The translations under genes and the position numbers were made by a program. DNA of 64,000 nucleotides, taken from NCBI GenBank assembly GCA_951406725.2, contig OX597826.1:23684001-23748000 (forward strand), given 5' to 3'. Of the stretch, positions 1 through 11,753 are shown in pieces. The notes beneath the pieces were generated by a model. That model was not told the DNA's origin. It saw only the letters and a program-made list of their open reading frames with translations, and searched no databases. The DNA is from Octopus vulgaris (lineage: Eukaryota). How positions within the stretch are numbered: the stretch's first letter is position 1; each line of letters starts with the position of its first letter.

Positions 1-37
1 GGAACTTTGATTTACTGTCAGGTGACTTTTGGCCAAA

Positions 38-85
<48 letters not shown>

Positions 86-90
<5 letters not shown>

Positions 91-1281
91 ACGTAAAAAA
101 ATACAAACTGGGACAAGAACGTAAAACATTTAGAAGACAATACAAAAAACACGGACGGGACATTCGAAGCCTTCAATCTTCAGTCAAGAACCGGATCATC
201 CTTGCAATTTCAGCTGATTAATCTTGAGATCGCTCCGATCCGGCCAGCCCCAAGGAAACAACTAAGCTACGAGCATTAGATTTCTTGGAAAAAGGATCAA
301 ATGTATACGAAACAAGGACAGAAAACGGATGATGCCACACGAATATAAATACAAAAAACAATAATAGTAATAACAGGACAAAAACAGCGGGTGTCTTACG
401 ACTATAGACAGTACAACTTAGCTTAGCTGGTGTATTTGGGAAAAAATGCCTTTTTCGGCAGACGAAGAAAACGATGTTCTCTTGGCGGTGGTCAGAAGCC
501 GAAAAGCTGGTTGACCAGCGGTCACATGAGAGGAGAGGAGAGAGAAAAAAAGGGGGCAAAGGAATCAAAAAGAGAGACAAAAAGAGGGACAAATGCACCA
601 AAGGGGGGAGAAGAGAGAGAAAGAAGGAATTAAAGAGGGGAGAAGAAAGAGAGCATGCCAAGGATTGGCTTGGCGACAGAATCAGTGAGGTGCAAAGTGA
701 GAAAGACAGAGAAATGTGAGAGAGTGGGGGAAGAGGAGACCAAAGAATCAGAGGCAAGAAAAGAGAAAAGGAGGAGGAGAAGAGAGAGAGAGAGAAAGAG
801 AAAGAGACAGATCAAAGTGGAGTGCAAAGTGTGAAAGGCAGAGAAATGTAGGAGAGGGGGGAGAGAGAGACAGTGTTATAGAGTCGTACCAAATTTAAAG
901 AAATATGTACTTACATACAAGACCAAAAAGGGTACAGGCGCCGCTATATATATATATGTATATGTAAAAAAATACAAACTGGGACAAAAACGTAAAACAT
1001 TTAGAAGACGATACAAAAAACACGGACGGGACATTTGAAGCCTTCAATCTTCAGTCAAGAACCGGATCATCCTCGCAATTTCGGCTGATTAATCTTGAGA
1101 TCGCTCCAATCCGGCCAGCTCCAAGGAAAAACTAAGCTACGAGCATTAGATTTCTTGGAAAAAGGATCGAATGTATACGAAGCAAGGACAGAAAAACGGA
1201 TGATGCCACATGAATATAAATACAAAATACAATAATAGTAATAACAGGACAAAAACAGCGGGTGTCTTACAACTATAGACA
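86..1281. mobile_element. Partial-tandem non-autonomous element (~325-bp direct repeats around a purine-rich core) inserted in (TA)n; Penelope-like architecture
   Basis: 86-410 is repeated at ~956-1281 with few mismatches (period ~870 bp). Both copies are preceded by (TA)n. No coding capacity. Confidence 0.6.
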
Positions 1282-2704
1282 ATATATATGGGGTGGGGGC
1301 TGTTATCTTAACAGCATATAAGGGTTGTAAATGGAAGTCACTGTCGTATAAATAACAGCATTTGTTCATTTCTGTATTTACACATTGACATTTTCAACTA
1401 ATGGTGATGATGTTTACACACCATACATACACCTGTATATGTGCATTTGTATATATGTTGTGGGGGTGTTTTATCTTGACAGCACACAATGGTTGTAAAT
1501 CAAAATCACTGTCATATAAGTGATGTAGTGTGTTTCTAATCTTGTGAAAAACTTCTCAAGCCATAAGGAAATATTACCTTGCTTGGAAACAAGGACTGGT
1601 AACAGAAATAATATCAGGCCACAGAAAATTTGTCTTAAACTCTGTGTGACTCATCTGGCACACAGCCACTTCTCTCAGCTTAGACATCCTTGTCTTGTGA
1701 GCCATGTGATGACTTCATGGGTACTGATGCTACATAGAAAAAACACCTGTGCTTGCACTACATAAAAAGTGCCAATACTGGTGTCACATAAAAAGCACCT
1801 GTCCCAGCTTCAAGCAAAATAGCACCTGTGTCAGCACTACATAGGAGGGAAATCATACCACCGCTACATAAAAATCACCTGTACCATGTAAAAAGCACCC
1901 AATACACTCTGAAAAGTGGTTGGTGTCAGGAAGGTGCAGTATTTGGTTTGCCAGGTTCAGTCAAACCATCTGACCCATGCCAGCATGGAAGATGGATGGT
2001 AAAAGGGTAACAGGAAAAGGGGTGTTTCTTTGGGAGACCCTTCAATGAGTAATCTTCAGGTCACCAAATGAGATTTCCATGACTTTCCATCTTTAACCAC
2101 TCTCTTTGTCTACCTGCTCTGTATGAACTAACATCTAGATGGCAAAGTAGCTGTTAGAACATTCATTAGAATTCCCTGTGGAATTTGTTGCAGATCTCTG
2201 CATTGTGAGTTCAAATACAACTAAGGTCAACTCTATTTTCATTCTTTCAGGGTTAATAAAAATGTGGTAATTCAGTGTGGTGTGTTGATGGAATTACTAA
2301 AGTTCTTTATGTAATGCCTTGTGGAATATTTACCAGCTCTTTGAGTTCTGATGCCAATACCTGCATCAAATAGCAAGAACTGGTACTAAAGCTGTAGCAG
2401 TCTTTATAGAAACCTTCTCCCTTAGACAAGGCTGGTGATGGGAAGAGGGAGAATAACTACTTGTATCCCCACTACACAAAAAACCCCTGAATCTCAGCTC
2501 ATGCTTATAGTCATTCCTAACTGCTGGAAACCCTTGAGGGAGCAACTGTGGAGTCACTCAACCTCCCAGAAATAGCAACCAAGTCTCTCACATTGTACCC
2601 CATTTGCTTAGATTTAGAAACAACATAAGATAATGTTGACCTAAATTTCTGTCTGTCTGAAGAGTCGCTCATGCCTATAATCAATCACAACTGATAACCA
2701 ACAT

Positions 2705-3345
2705 CCTCAGACAATGTACAAGGAAAGCGGGGGGAGAATGTACAGAGAGTGTAGTAGCTAGAATAAGAATAGAATGGAGGAAATTCAATGATCTTTTACT
2801 TCTATTGGCAACCAAAGGTTTCTTGCCAAGTGGAATAAAAATTATATGATGCATGTATACAGACAGCAATTCTACATAGTGTGACATGGGCTCTGAATGC
2901 AGAGAACATGCAAAAACTAGAGAGGAATGAGGCTAGTATGCTCCACCAGATGCATACTAGCCTCATTCGGATGTATACAAGCTAAATACAAAAATAAACC
3001 ATCCTGTTCTGATTACACATTGCTCTACTAATATTTTTAAATGTTAATGTAAGTTTACATGTTCAATAGAATGCAAGTGTATTGAGAGAGAAGTATGGCA
3101 TAAGAGGTTGCTGTGTGCAAGAGAGAAGACTGTACTGGTTTGGCCATTTGATGTGAATGGTTGCTAACAGTTCCATGAAAAAGTGCCAATCTCTCAAAGT
3201 AGATGGAACATGTGAAAGAGGGAAACCCAAGAAGACATGGGATAAAGTACTGAAGGATGACCTCAGGACACTGAACTTTTCAGATAAGATGACAAAAGAC
3301 TGAGATACTGGGTGCCTTGCTGTACACAAGAAGACCCATGCTCCA
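2705..3345 (+). pseudogene. Old degenerate RTE LINE fragment (RT C-terminal region), interrupted at 2952-3045
   Basis: Translates to CTESVVARIRIEWRKFNDLLLL...ASMLHQM/NVSLHVQ...GTCERGKPKKTWDKVLKDDLRTL, homologous to the C-terminus of the 32421-34223 ORF. Contains stops. Confidence 0.85.
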
Positions 3346-3667
3346 CAGCAGAAGTGTTAAGGCCACTCCCATTGGATTGTTCCAAATAGCAAATAATTTC
3401 TTAGAAAAATGCGTCTCCTAGGATAAAAAAATTGTACGCCTTTTTGACTCATCCTTGTACAATAGCAGGAAGTTGGATTGGCCTGCAAGAATCCTGTGCT
3501 GGTGCCATGTAAAAGTGCCTGTGCAGTGCCACGTAAAAGCAACCAGCATACACTGTAAAGTGGTTGCTGTTAGGAAGGCATCCAAGTATAGCAACCATGC
3601 CTAATCAGACTGGAACCTGATGCAGCTCTCTGGCTTGCCAGCATGGAAAACACATGTTAAATGATGA

Positions 3668-3722
<55 letters not shown>

Positions 3723-3798
3723 CTATAAGAAAAATCATTTTATTTCTTTAAGAAATATTGTTTAATTCTATTTGCTTATTTATTTAACTATTATTGTT

Positions 3799-3890
3799 AA
3801 CCTGAAGAGTGACTAAAATTTTAAATTGAATTGTTTTTCGATTAAATTTAATTGTAATTCGAATTTAAATTATAGCCATGAAACGTTTCT
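3799..3890 (+). ncRNA. Degenerate type I hammerhead-like motif with long AT-rich stem II
   Basis: CTGAAGA (3802-3808), GTGACTA...TAGCCAT closing a long hairpin, GAAA (3880-3883), CG, TT. Stem I pairs poorly. Confidence 0.5.
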
Positions 3891-4005
3891 TTACTTATAT
3901 ATTGTTTATTCATTTTTGTACTTTTTGTGATCTAGTTATGTTTTTAAAAAATATATATTATTTTTTATTTATTATTTGGTTTATGTCTATATTGGTTTTT
4001 CTTTA

Positions 4006-4042
<37 letters not shown>

Positions 4043-4045
<3 letters not shown>

Positions 4046-5147
4046 TCATCATCATTTAACATCCGCTTTCCATGCTAGCATGGGTTGGACGATTTGACTG
4101 AGGTCTGGTGAACCAGACTCCAATCTGATCTGGCAGAGTTTCTAATGCCAACCACTCCAAGAGTGTAGTGGGTGCTTTTACGTGCCACCAGCACGAGGGC
4201 CAGTTTGGTGGTACTGGCAACAGAAATGTCCAAATGGTGCTTTTTACGTGCCACCTGCACAGGAGCCAGTCCAGCGGCGCTGGCACCGTCCTCGCTCGAA
4301 TGTTTCACGTGCCACCATCACAAGTGCTAGTAAGGCAACGTGGTAATGATTACGCTCAAATGGTGTACTTAACGTGCCATCGGCACAATGGCCAGTTTGT
4401 TGCTCAGGTAACGATAACGATCTCACTCGTAAGGTACTCTTAGCGCTCCAGTAGCAATGGATGCCAGTCACTGAGTTTGATTTCAACTTTAATGTCACTT
4501 GCCTCAACTGGTATTCACAAGCAGAGTTTAGTGTCCAATGAAGAAAAGGCACGCATAAGTGGACTGGTTACCCCTTAGCATAGGCCACAAGGTTATGGTC
4601 ACACTTGCGCTTGCCGAGTCTTCTGCAGCACAGCATATTTCCAGAGGTCCCGGTCACTAGTCATTGCCTTGGTGAGGCCCAATGTTTGAAGGTCGTGCTT
4701 CACCACCTCATCCCAGGTTCCCTCAACTGCTAGGTTGTGGCACTTTTTCACACAGCCATCCACATCCATTCTCGCCACGTGACCATACCAGCGCAGTCGT
4801 CTCTCTTGCTCACCACATCTGATGCTTCTTAGGTCTAACCTTTCTCTCAGGGTACTAACACTCTGTTGAGTATGCACACTGGCATTACACATCCATCGGA
4901 GCATGCTGGCTTCATTCCTTGCGAGCTTACGCATATCCTCAGCAGTCACAGCCCATGTTTCACTGCCATGTAGCATGGCTGTTCATATACATGCGCCGTA
5001 CAGTCTACCTTTTACTCTGAGCGAGAGGCCCTTTGTCACCGCAGAGGTAAGAGCTCTCTGAACTTAGCCCAGGCTATTCTTATTCTAGCAGCTACAGTTT
5101 CAGTGCACCCTCCTGCTACTGATTTGGTCACCTAGGTAACAGAAGCT
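4043..5147 (-). mobile_element. 5'-truncated RTE LINE (ORF end, repeat-rich 3' UTR, (ATG)n tail)
   Basis: ORF 4599-4976 (MLHGSETWAVTAEDMRKLARNEASMLRWMC...RRLRWYGHVARM) is nearly identical to the C-terminus of 32421-34223. Tail reads (tca)n on + at 4043. Confidence 0.95.
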
Positions 5148-5184
5148 ATATATATATATATATACATACACACCCACCCACACA

Positions 5185-5368
5185 CAAGAAAATGTGATGA
5201 CAAAGGAACACACAATTATTTTATGACCTTCATTAGCTTACAGCATCTGCTATAAGATGCAGTGGACTCATTGTTGACTGCTTGAGTAACACCTTATAGC
5301 AGAAACAGCTGTAAGTTTATGAAGTTCATAAGATAATTGTTTATTTCTTTGTCATCTCATTGTCTTGT
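5185..5368. repeat. Imperfect fold-back element (~75-bp arms)
   Basis: CAAGAAAATGTGATGACAAAGG...TTATGACCTTCATTAGCTTACAGC is mirrored by GCTGTAAGTTTATGAAGTTCATAAG...CTTTGTCATCTCATTGTCTTG. The right arm contains GAAACAGCTGTA. Confidence 0.75.
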
Positions 5369-6624
5369 TGCTGTTCGGTACTTGACTAACGCTTCATTCT
5401 AAAGAATATGTATATTGAGTTCTACACCTGGTTATTAGTTTCATAATGCTTATGTGAAATGTGTGTGTGTGTGTGTGCACGCAATAGATTCCCACACCAT
5501 TTCTGTCTGCTAAATCCCTCACAATGCAATGCTTACCCCTGACCTACAGAAGTTACTTGCTCAATTTGTTGCATAGTGGGATTGAACCTGAAGCCATGTG
5601 GTTTCAAAGTGAGCTTCTTAACCACAACAGCCATGCCTCTGCTTAATACTTCCTAGATATTTCTGTCTCTATAGTTTAGCAAGCTGTCAAAGTTCTTCTT
5701 GTGCAGTTTTCTTAATTACTAATTTGTGCTTTCCTGTTCATTCCACTCTGTCAATTTTACCCTGTAGTCTTCATTCTCACTTTTTCCAATTTTTTCTTCT
5801 TTATCTTTCTATCCTCTTTTTCATCTTTCTCTCCTCTTTCTCATCTTTTTCTCTTTCTCATCCTTCTCTCCTCTTTCTCATCTCCTATTCACCTTCTTCC
5901 TATTTTCTTCTTTATATTATTCTCATCCTCATTCTGTTTCCTTTATTCTTATCCTTCTCCTTCCTCTATTTCTTTTTTCTTCCTTTCCTCTTCTCTTTTT
6001 CTTCTTTCTCTTCCTCTCTCCATCTTATTTCCTTTCTTTTTCTTTGTGTCTTCTTTTCTATTCCTGCCTGCCTTCCTTCCACTTCCCCCTCTCTCTCTTT
6101 TTCTCCTTCCTCTTTTCTCTTGCGTCATCTTCTCCATCTTCACCGCCTAACCTTTTTCGTTAACATGAAATAGTTGAAAGCAGGAAGGAAATCTAAGCAT
6201 GAAGAAGCAAAATAAATAAATACACAAACAAAATACAATAAAATAAAAGCTAAATACAAAAATAAACCATCCTCTGTTCTGATTGCACATCGCTCTAATA
6301 TTTTTAAATGTTAATATAACAACCATACTGCAATCAGGACATCTGTACTTAGTCTCATGTCAGATCTATGCATTTGGGTTTGGACTTGTGCCAAGAGTTG
6401 CCAGGCAATACACAGACACACATGCATACAGGCACAGGCGTGGCTGTGTGGTTAAGAAGTTTGCTTTCCAACTACTTGGTTCTAGCATCTGTCCCACTGC
6501 ATGGCACCTAGGGCAAGGGTCTTCTATTATAGCCCCAGGCCGATAAAATCTTTGTTCTTGGATTTGGTAGGGAGAAGCTGAAAGACACCTGTTGTGTGCA
6601 AATGTGTGCATATCGATGTGTGTG

Positions 6625-6930
6625 AAGGTGCATGGCTCAGTGGTTAGAGCATCAGGCTCACAATCATGAAGTAGTGAGTTCGATTCCCAGACTGGTCTGT
6701 GTGTTGTGTTCTTGAGCAAGACACTTTATTTTCATGTTGCTCCAGTTTACTCACCTGTAGAAATGAGTTGCAACATCACTGGTGCCAGGCTGTATCGGCC
6801 TTTGCCTTTCCCTTGGATAAACATCAGTGGAACGGAGAGGGGAGGCTGGTATGCATAGGTGACTGCTGGTTTTCCACAAGCCACCATGCTAGGACTTGTG
6901 CCTCGGAGGAGACTTTTCTAGATGGAAATT
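6625..6930 (+). mobile_element. tRNA-derived SINE, family C
   Basis: A box (TGGCTCAGTGG) and B box (GTTCGATTCC), then TTCTTGAGCAAGACACTT. Related copies at ~10735-11080 (+), ~41140-41420 (-) and ~47800-48090 (+, interrupted). Confidence 0.8.
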
Positions 6931-7108
6931 TCCAATCTTCTGTGAAAACATTTGATCATTGGGAAATATCACCTCATGTAGAAACAAGTGAAGGTTGGCA
7001 ACAGAAAGAGCATCCAGCTGTAGAAAATTCACCTCAACAAATCTTGTCTGAGTCACCCAAGCATGGAAGAGTTGACATTAAAAAATGTTTAAAAACAATG
7101 ACATACTT

Positions 7109-7165
7109 TATCTATCCATCCATCTATCTATCCATCCATCTATCTATCCATCCATCCATCCATCC

Positions 7166-7231
<66 letters not shown>

Positions 7232-7232
7232 A
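7109..7232. repeat. (TCCA)n/(TCTA)n compound microsatellite
   Basis: Direct reading. Confidence 0.95.
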
Positions 7233-9399
7233 TGTCTGTCTGTCTCTCTCTATCTCTCTCTCTCACTCATCCAGGTTGGCGTTATGAAGGACATCCAGCC
7301 ATAGAAACCATACCAAATCAGACTGGAGCCTGGTGTTGCTCCCCAGCTTGCCAGTTCTGGTCAAGCTGTCAAACCCATGCCAGCATGGACAATGGATGTT
7401 CAATGATGATGAACGATATATATGTATATATGCACACACACACACACGTGCTGGTGCCCTTGCAGGTGCTGGTGCCATGTAAAAAGCAACCATCCTAGTG
7501 CCACATATAAAGCACCCAGTACACTCTGTAAAGTGGTTGGCATTAAAAGGCCTTGAGCCATAGAAACCATGCTGAAACAGATAATTGGTGGCTGGTGCAA
7601 CTCTCTGGCTTGTCAGCTCCTGTCAAACCATGCGACCCGTGCCAGTATGGGAAACAGATGTTAAATGATGATGATGATATCCACACTCAACATACATTCA
7701 CAACATGCACATTAGTTATAACAAATAAGAATACTCAAAATTGTAGGCAGTGGTTAAATTATATATTTGGTTATTTAGTCAGAAAACTTAAATAACCTAA
7801 AGGTTTGATTTGAGCATGAAAGAAAAGAAAAATTTAAAAAGAAAAAAACGAGTAGTTGTATGAATTTCTTGTGCTAACATGAAACCTAGGGTATCAATTT
7901 GCTATTTTGACTTCTCTAACATGCATATATATGTATACTCTTTTACTTGTTTCAGTCATCTGACTGGCCATGCTGGAGCACTGCCTTTAGTCAATCAAAT
8001 CGACCCCAGGACTCATTCTTTGTAAGCCTAGTACTTATTCTATCGGTCTGTTTTGCCGAACCGCTAAGTTATGGGGACATAAACACACCAGCATTGGTTG
8101 TCAAGCGATGTTGGTGGTGGTGGTGGGGACACAAACACAGACACACAAACATATACACACACATACAGTTTTGGCATGTTTTTTTTTACGACTGGATGCC
8201 CTTCCAAATGCCAACTACTTCACAGTGTGGACTGAATGCTTTTTATGTGGCACCAGCAGGGTCACCAAGTAACTTTCAAGACAAGGAACTTTGGGAAGGG
8301 GGCATTGGAGGAAGTGATATTGTGTTAGATGATGAAAGGTTAGTGTGACAGAGTTAGTGTGTGTATATTTATATTTTGAGATGAGACAATCACTTCATAA
8401 CCATGTGGTTTCAGGTTCAATCTCACTGTACAGTAGTTTGCAGGCTGTGATATGAGGGAGATTCGTTTGCTGTTTCTTATCGATTGAACGCCCAAGTACG
8501 ATAGCTTGGATTGATTATTCTAACAGTACATTATTGTAATGACTAGTTCAGATTTGCTTCTTGCAATCTGAGGAAGAAGCCTACAAGCTAACTTAATTTT
8601 CACTTTAATGCTATTTTAGCTCTCTTCTTTTAATTTTATTTCCGTACAATCATCTCTCTTTCAACTCTTTCCCCTTGTCCATTGAGACTCTCACCTCTCT
8701 CTCTTCCCCGTCTTCTCCTCTCTCCTCCTCCCTCTTTGAAAAGGAAGCTACCTTTAAGCGAGAGCTATACACATGTGTGCATGTTTGTAATTTAATTTCA
8801 TTTCATTTTAAATCAGTTTTACCTTTCTCTGTTCAAAGTTTATTTCTGTACAATATTATGTTCATCAGTCTTCTATATTCATTTTGTTCCACTTTCCAGT
8901 GCTATCAGCTGAGCTTCATAAAGTAGGCCCAGCTGCCATTTATATGCTAACTTTTCATCTCCCACCATTGTGACACCACTTTCCCTGTGATTGCTAAATA
9001 CTCACCACTCTCACATCTCTCCTTCCCATAGCTGAGACAGTGTTACACCCATCATAGAAGCAGGAACAAATGGATATTCACATGGGCACAGGCATGGCTG
9101 TGTGTTTAAGAAGTTTGCTTTCCAACTACATGATTCTGGGCTCAGTCCCACTGCGTGGCAGATTGGACAGGTGTCTTCTATTGTAACTTTGGGCCAACCA
9201 AAGCCTTGTGAGTAGATTTGGTAGAGTGAAACTGAAAGAAGTCCATCGTATACATGTGTGGTAAGTAGCTTGCTTACCAACCACCTGGTTCCAGGTTCAG
9301 TTCTACTGCATGGCACCTTGGGCAAGTGTCTTCTACTACAGCCTTGGGCCGACCAAAACCTTGTGAGTGGATTTGGTAGATGGAAACTGAAAGAAGCCC

Positions 9400-9436
<37 letters not shown>

Positions 9437-9760
9437 GGAGACAAACACAGACACACAAACATATCCACACAGACATGTGTGTGTGTGTGTTTTTCCCCAC
9501 ACCATTGCTTGACAACCAATGTCGGTGTGTTTACATCCTCATAATTTAGTGGTTCAGCAAAAGAGACCAATAGAATAGGGAGATTTTCAGGCAGATTTTC
9601 AACATCCAGATGCTTTTCCTGTTGCCAACCCTCACCTGCTTCCAAGTTGGATAATATTCCCTCATGAAATGGAAGATGGAAATGGATATTGCTCACATGA
9701 TGGTGGCACACTTAATTATCACATGCTAACACACATGCACGCGCACACACACGCACGCAC

Positions 9761-10125
9761 ACTCTTTACTCTTTTACTTGTTTCAGTCATTTGACTGCGG
9801 CCATGCTGGAGCACCACCTTTAGTCGAGCAAATTGACCCCTGGACTTATTCTTTGTAAGCCTAGTACTTATTCTATTGGTCTCTCTTGCCAAACCGCTAA
9901 GTTACAGGGACTTAAGCACACCAGCATTGGTTGTCAAGCAATGTTGGGGGGAAGGGGCAAACACAGACACACAAACACGCATTTATATTTACATATACAT
10001 ATATACGACGGGCTTCTTTCAGTTTCCGTCTATCAAATCCTCTCACAAGGCTTTGGTCGGCCCGAGGCTATAGTAGAAGACACTTGCCCAAAGTGCCACA
10101 TAGTGGGACTGAACCCAGAACCTGC
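9761..10125 (-). mobile_element. tRNA-derived SINE, family A (most abundant; CORE-like CCTTGGGCAAGT segment, internal (TA)/(TG)n, LINE-like tail ending GTAAAAGA repeats)
   Basis: Reverse complement of the copy at 54635-55031. About 25 full or partial copies occur in the window. Confidence 0.9.
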
Positions 10126-10229
10126 GCCTATATATGTATATGATGGGCTTGTTTCAGTAGTTTCCATCTGCTAAATCCCCTCACAAGGCTTTGGTTGGCC
10201 TGAGGCTATAGTAGAAGGACTTGCTCAAG

Positions 10230-10465
10230 GGAAGGTAAAAATGTTACCCTCATGAGTCACGCTGACTCATAAGGGCCACTTTCCTAGTTTTCATGGTGTA
10301 TAAATTCCCTATCTGGACAGGGCACTAGTCTGTCATAGAGTTATTCATTTTTGCCTGTTGAAGGGACTAGTACTTTGCTGAAAAACACAACATATCGCCA
10401 GGTCCAGGAATCGAAACCACAATCTTACTCTCATGAGTCCAACACCCTAACCACTAAGCCACACT
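10230..10465 (-). mobile_element. tRNA-headed SINE with a Nin/Deu- or Meta-like central segment
   Basis: Minus strand reads GTGGCTTAGTGGTTAGGGTG...GGTTTCGATTCC (A/B boxes), then GACTAGTGCCCTGTCCAG. The domain assignment is from memory only. Confidence 0.5.
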
Positions 10466-11344
10466 GTTGAACCAAATGCAAAACCATGTGGTTGGGAAGC
10501 AAACTTCTTACTGCACAATCACGTCTTTGTCATACATATACCCACCCATCCACATTTTCATGGGTGAGTTGTCGGATAGAGCCTCTCAGCACTTCCTCCA
10601 CAGGATTCTATTAAAAGCAACTGTCATTCGATTTTCCAGTTGGATTTCCAAGCATGAGTGTCTGAAACTAAGGATATCCAACCATTATATATATTTGACT
10701 CTGTGTGTGTGTACACACACACAAATACATGGTCGGAAAGCAATGCCTCAGAGCGTCAAGCTCACAATCATGAGGTAGTGAGATCAATTCCCAGACTGGG
10801 CTGTGTTGTGTTCTTGAGCAAGACACTTTATTCACATTGCTCCAGTTCACTTAGTTGTTGAAATGAGTTACGACATCACTGGTGTCAAGCTGGCTGTATT
10901 GGCCTTTGCCTTTCTCTTGGATAACATCAGTGACATGGAGAATTGGAGGGGGTGGTGGTGTTGGTATGCATAGGTAACTGCTGGTCTTTTGTAAACAACC
11001 TTACCAGGGCTTGTGCCTCAGAGGGTAACTTTCTAGGTGGAATAACATAGTCATTCATGACCAAAGGTGTCTTTACCCTTGTTTTAAAAAGGTCCCTGGG
11101 ATATCAAACTAGCTTAGAATGCACCACTTCTTGATGGAATAGATTTGTTTTACAGTTCAGTGGAGGTGGTCATCAGTTTTTATCATGTATGTATCCAGCC
11201 AGATAGTGATTGATAATATTAAAGGCTAGTTTGATCTATGCCAGATCTCATCGTTTTGTCTTCCTAAAGCTCTTGGGAGGTTACAACCTGTTGACATCTG
11301 ACTTTTGTGTGGTGCGTCTTTTCATCAGTATTATTTTTTACAAT

Positions 11345-11750
11345 GTGGTGAGCTGGCAGTATTGTTAGCACACACATCTGTACGTTCTGAGTTCAAATTC
11401 TGCCACGGTCAACTTTGTTTTCATCCTTTCAGTGGGGTCGATGAAATAAATACCAGTTGAACTTTGGGGTTGATGTACTCAACTAGCCTCTTCCCTCCTC
11501 CACCAAAAAAAATTTAGGCTTTGTGTTTATAATAGAAAAGACTATTACTTATTATTAGCATGCTGGACAAAATGCTTAGCAGCCTTTTGCCTGTCTTTGT
11601 GTTCTGAGTTCAAATCCCACCAAGGTTAACTTTGCCTTTAATCCTTTCAGACTCCACAGAATAAATACCAATTGGGACACTGGGGTATATGTAATGAACT
11701 AGCTTCCTCCTCTGAAATTTCAGGCCTTGTGCCTATCATAGAAAGGCTTA
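11345..11750 (+). mobile_element. Two tandem copies of tRNA-derived SINE family B
   Basis: GGTGAGCTGGCAG...TTCTGAGTTCAAATTC...CTTTGCCTTTCATCCTTTC...GGGGTCGAT motif. Other copies at ~19990-20205 (-), ~22820-22920 (-), ~36840-36995 (+), ~47395-47610 (-) and 47855-48040 (-). Confidence 0.85.
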
Positions 11751-11753
11751 TTA

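Noticed and set aside
158-235. Hammerhead call inside the first direct repeat
   Set aside because: CTGAAGA is followed by GAAT rather than GAAA, and the alternative core gives no stem II or III, so it was not called.
218-898. Leu/Ser/Phe-rich and Arg/Glu/Lys-rich ORFs (also 5724-6173, 41903-42301, 39225-39668, 20123-20614)
   Set aside because: Translations of purine/pyrimidine tracts and microsatellites.
9011-10174. Recurring peptides such as YDGLLSVSVYQIHSQGFGRPEAIVEDTCPRCHAVGL suggesting a gene family
   Set aside because: Translations of the non-coding family A SINE; frames and stops vary between copies.
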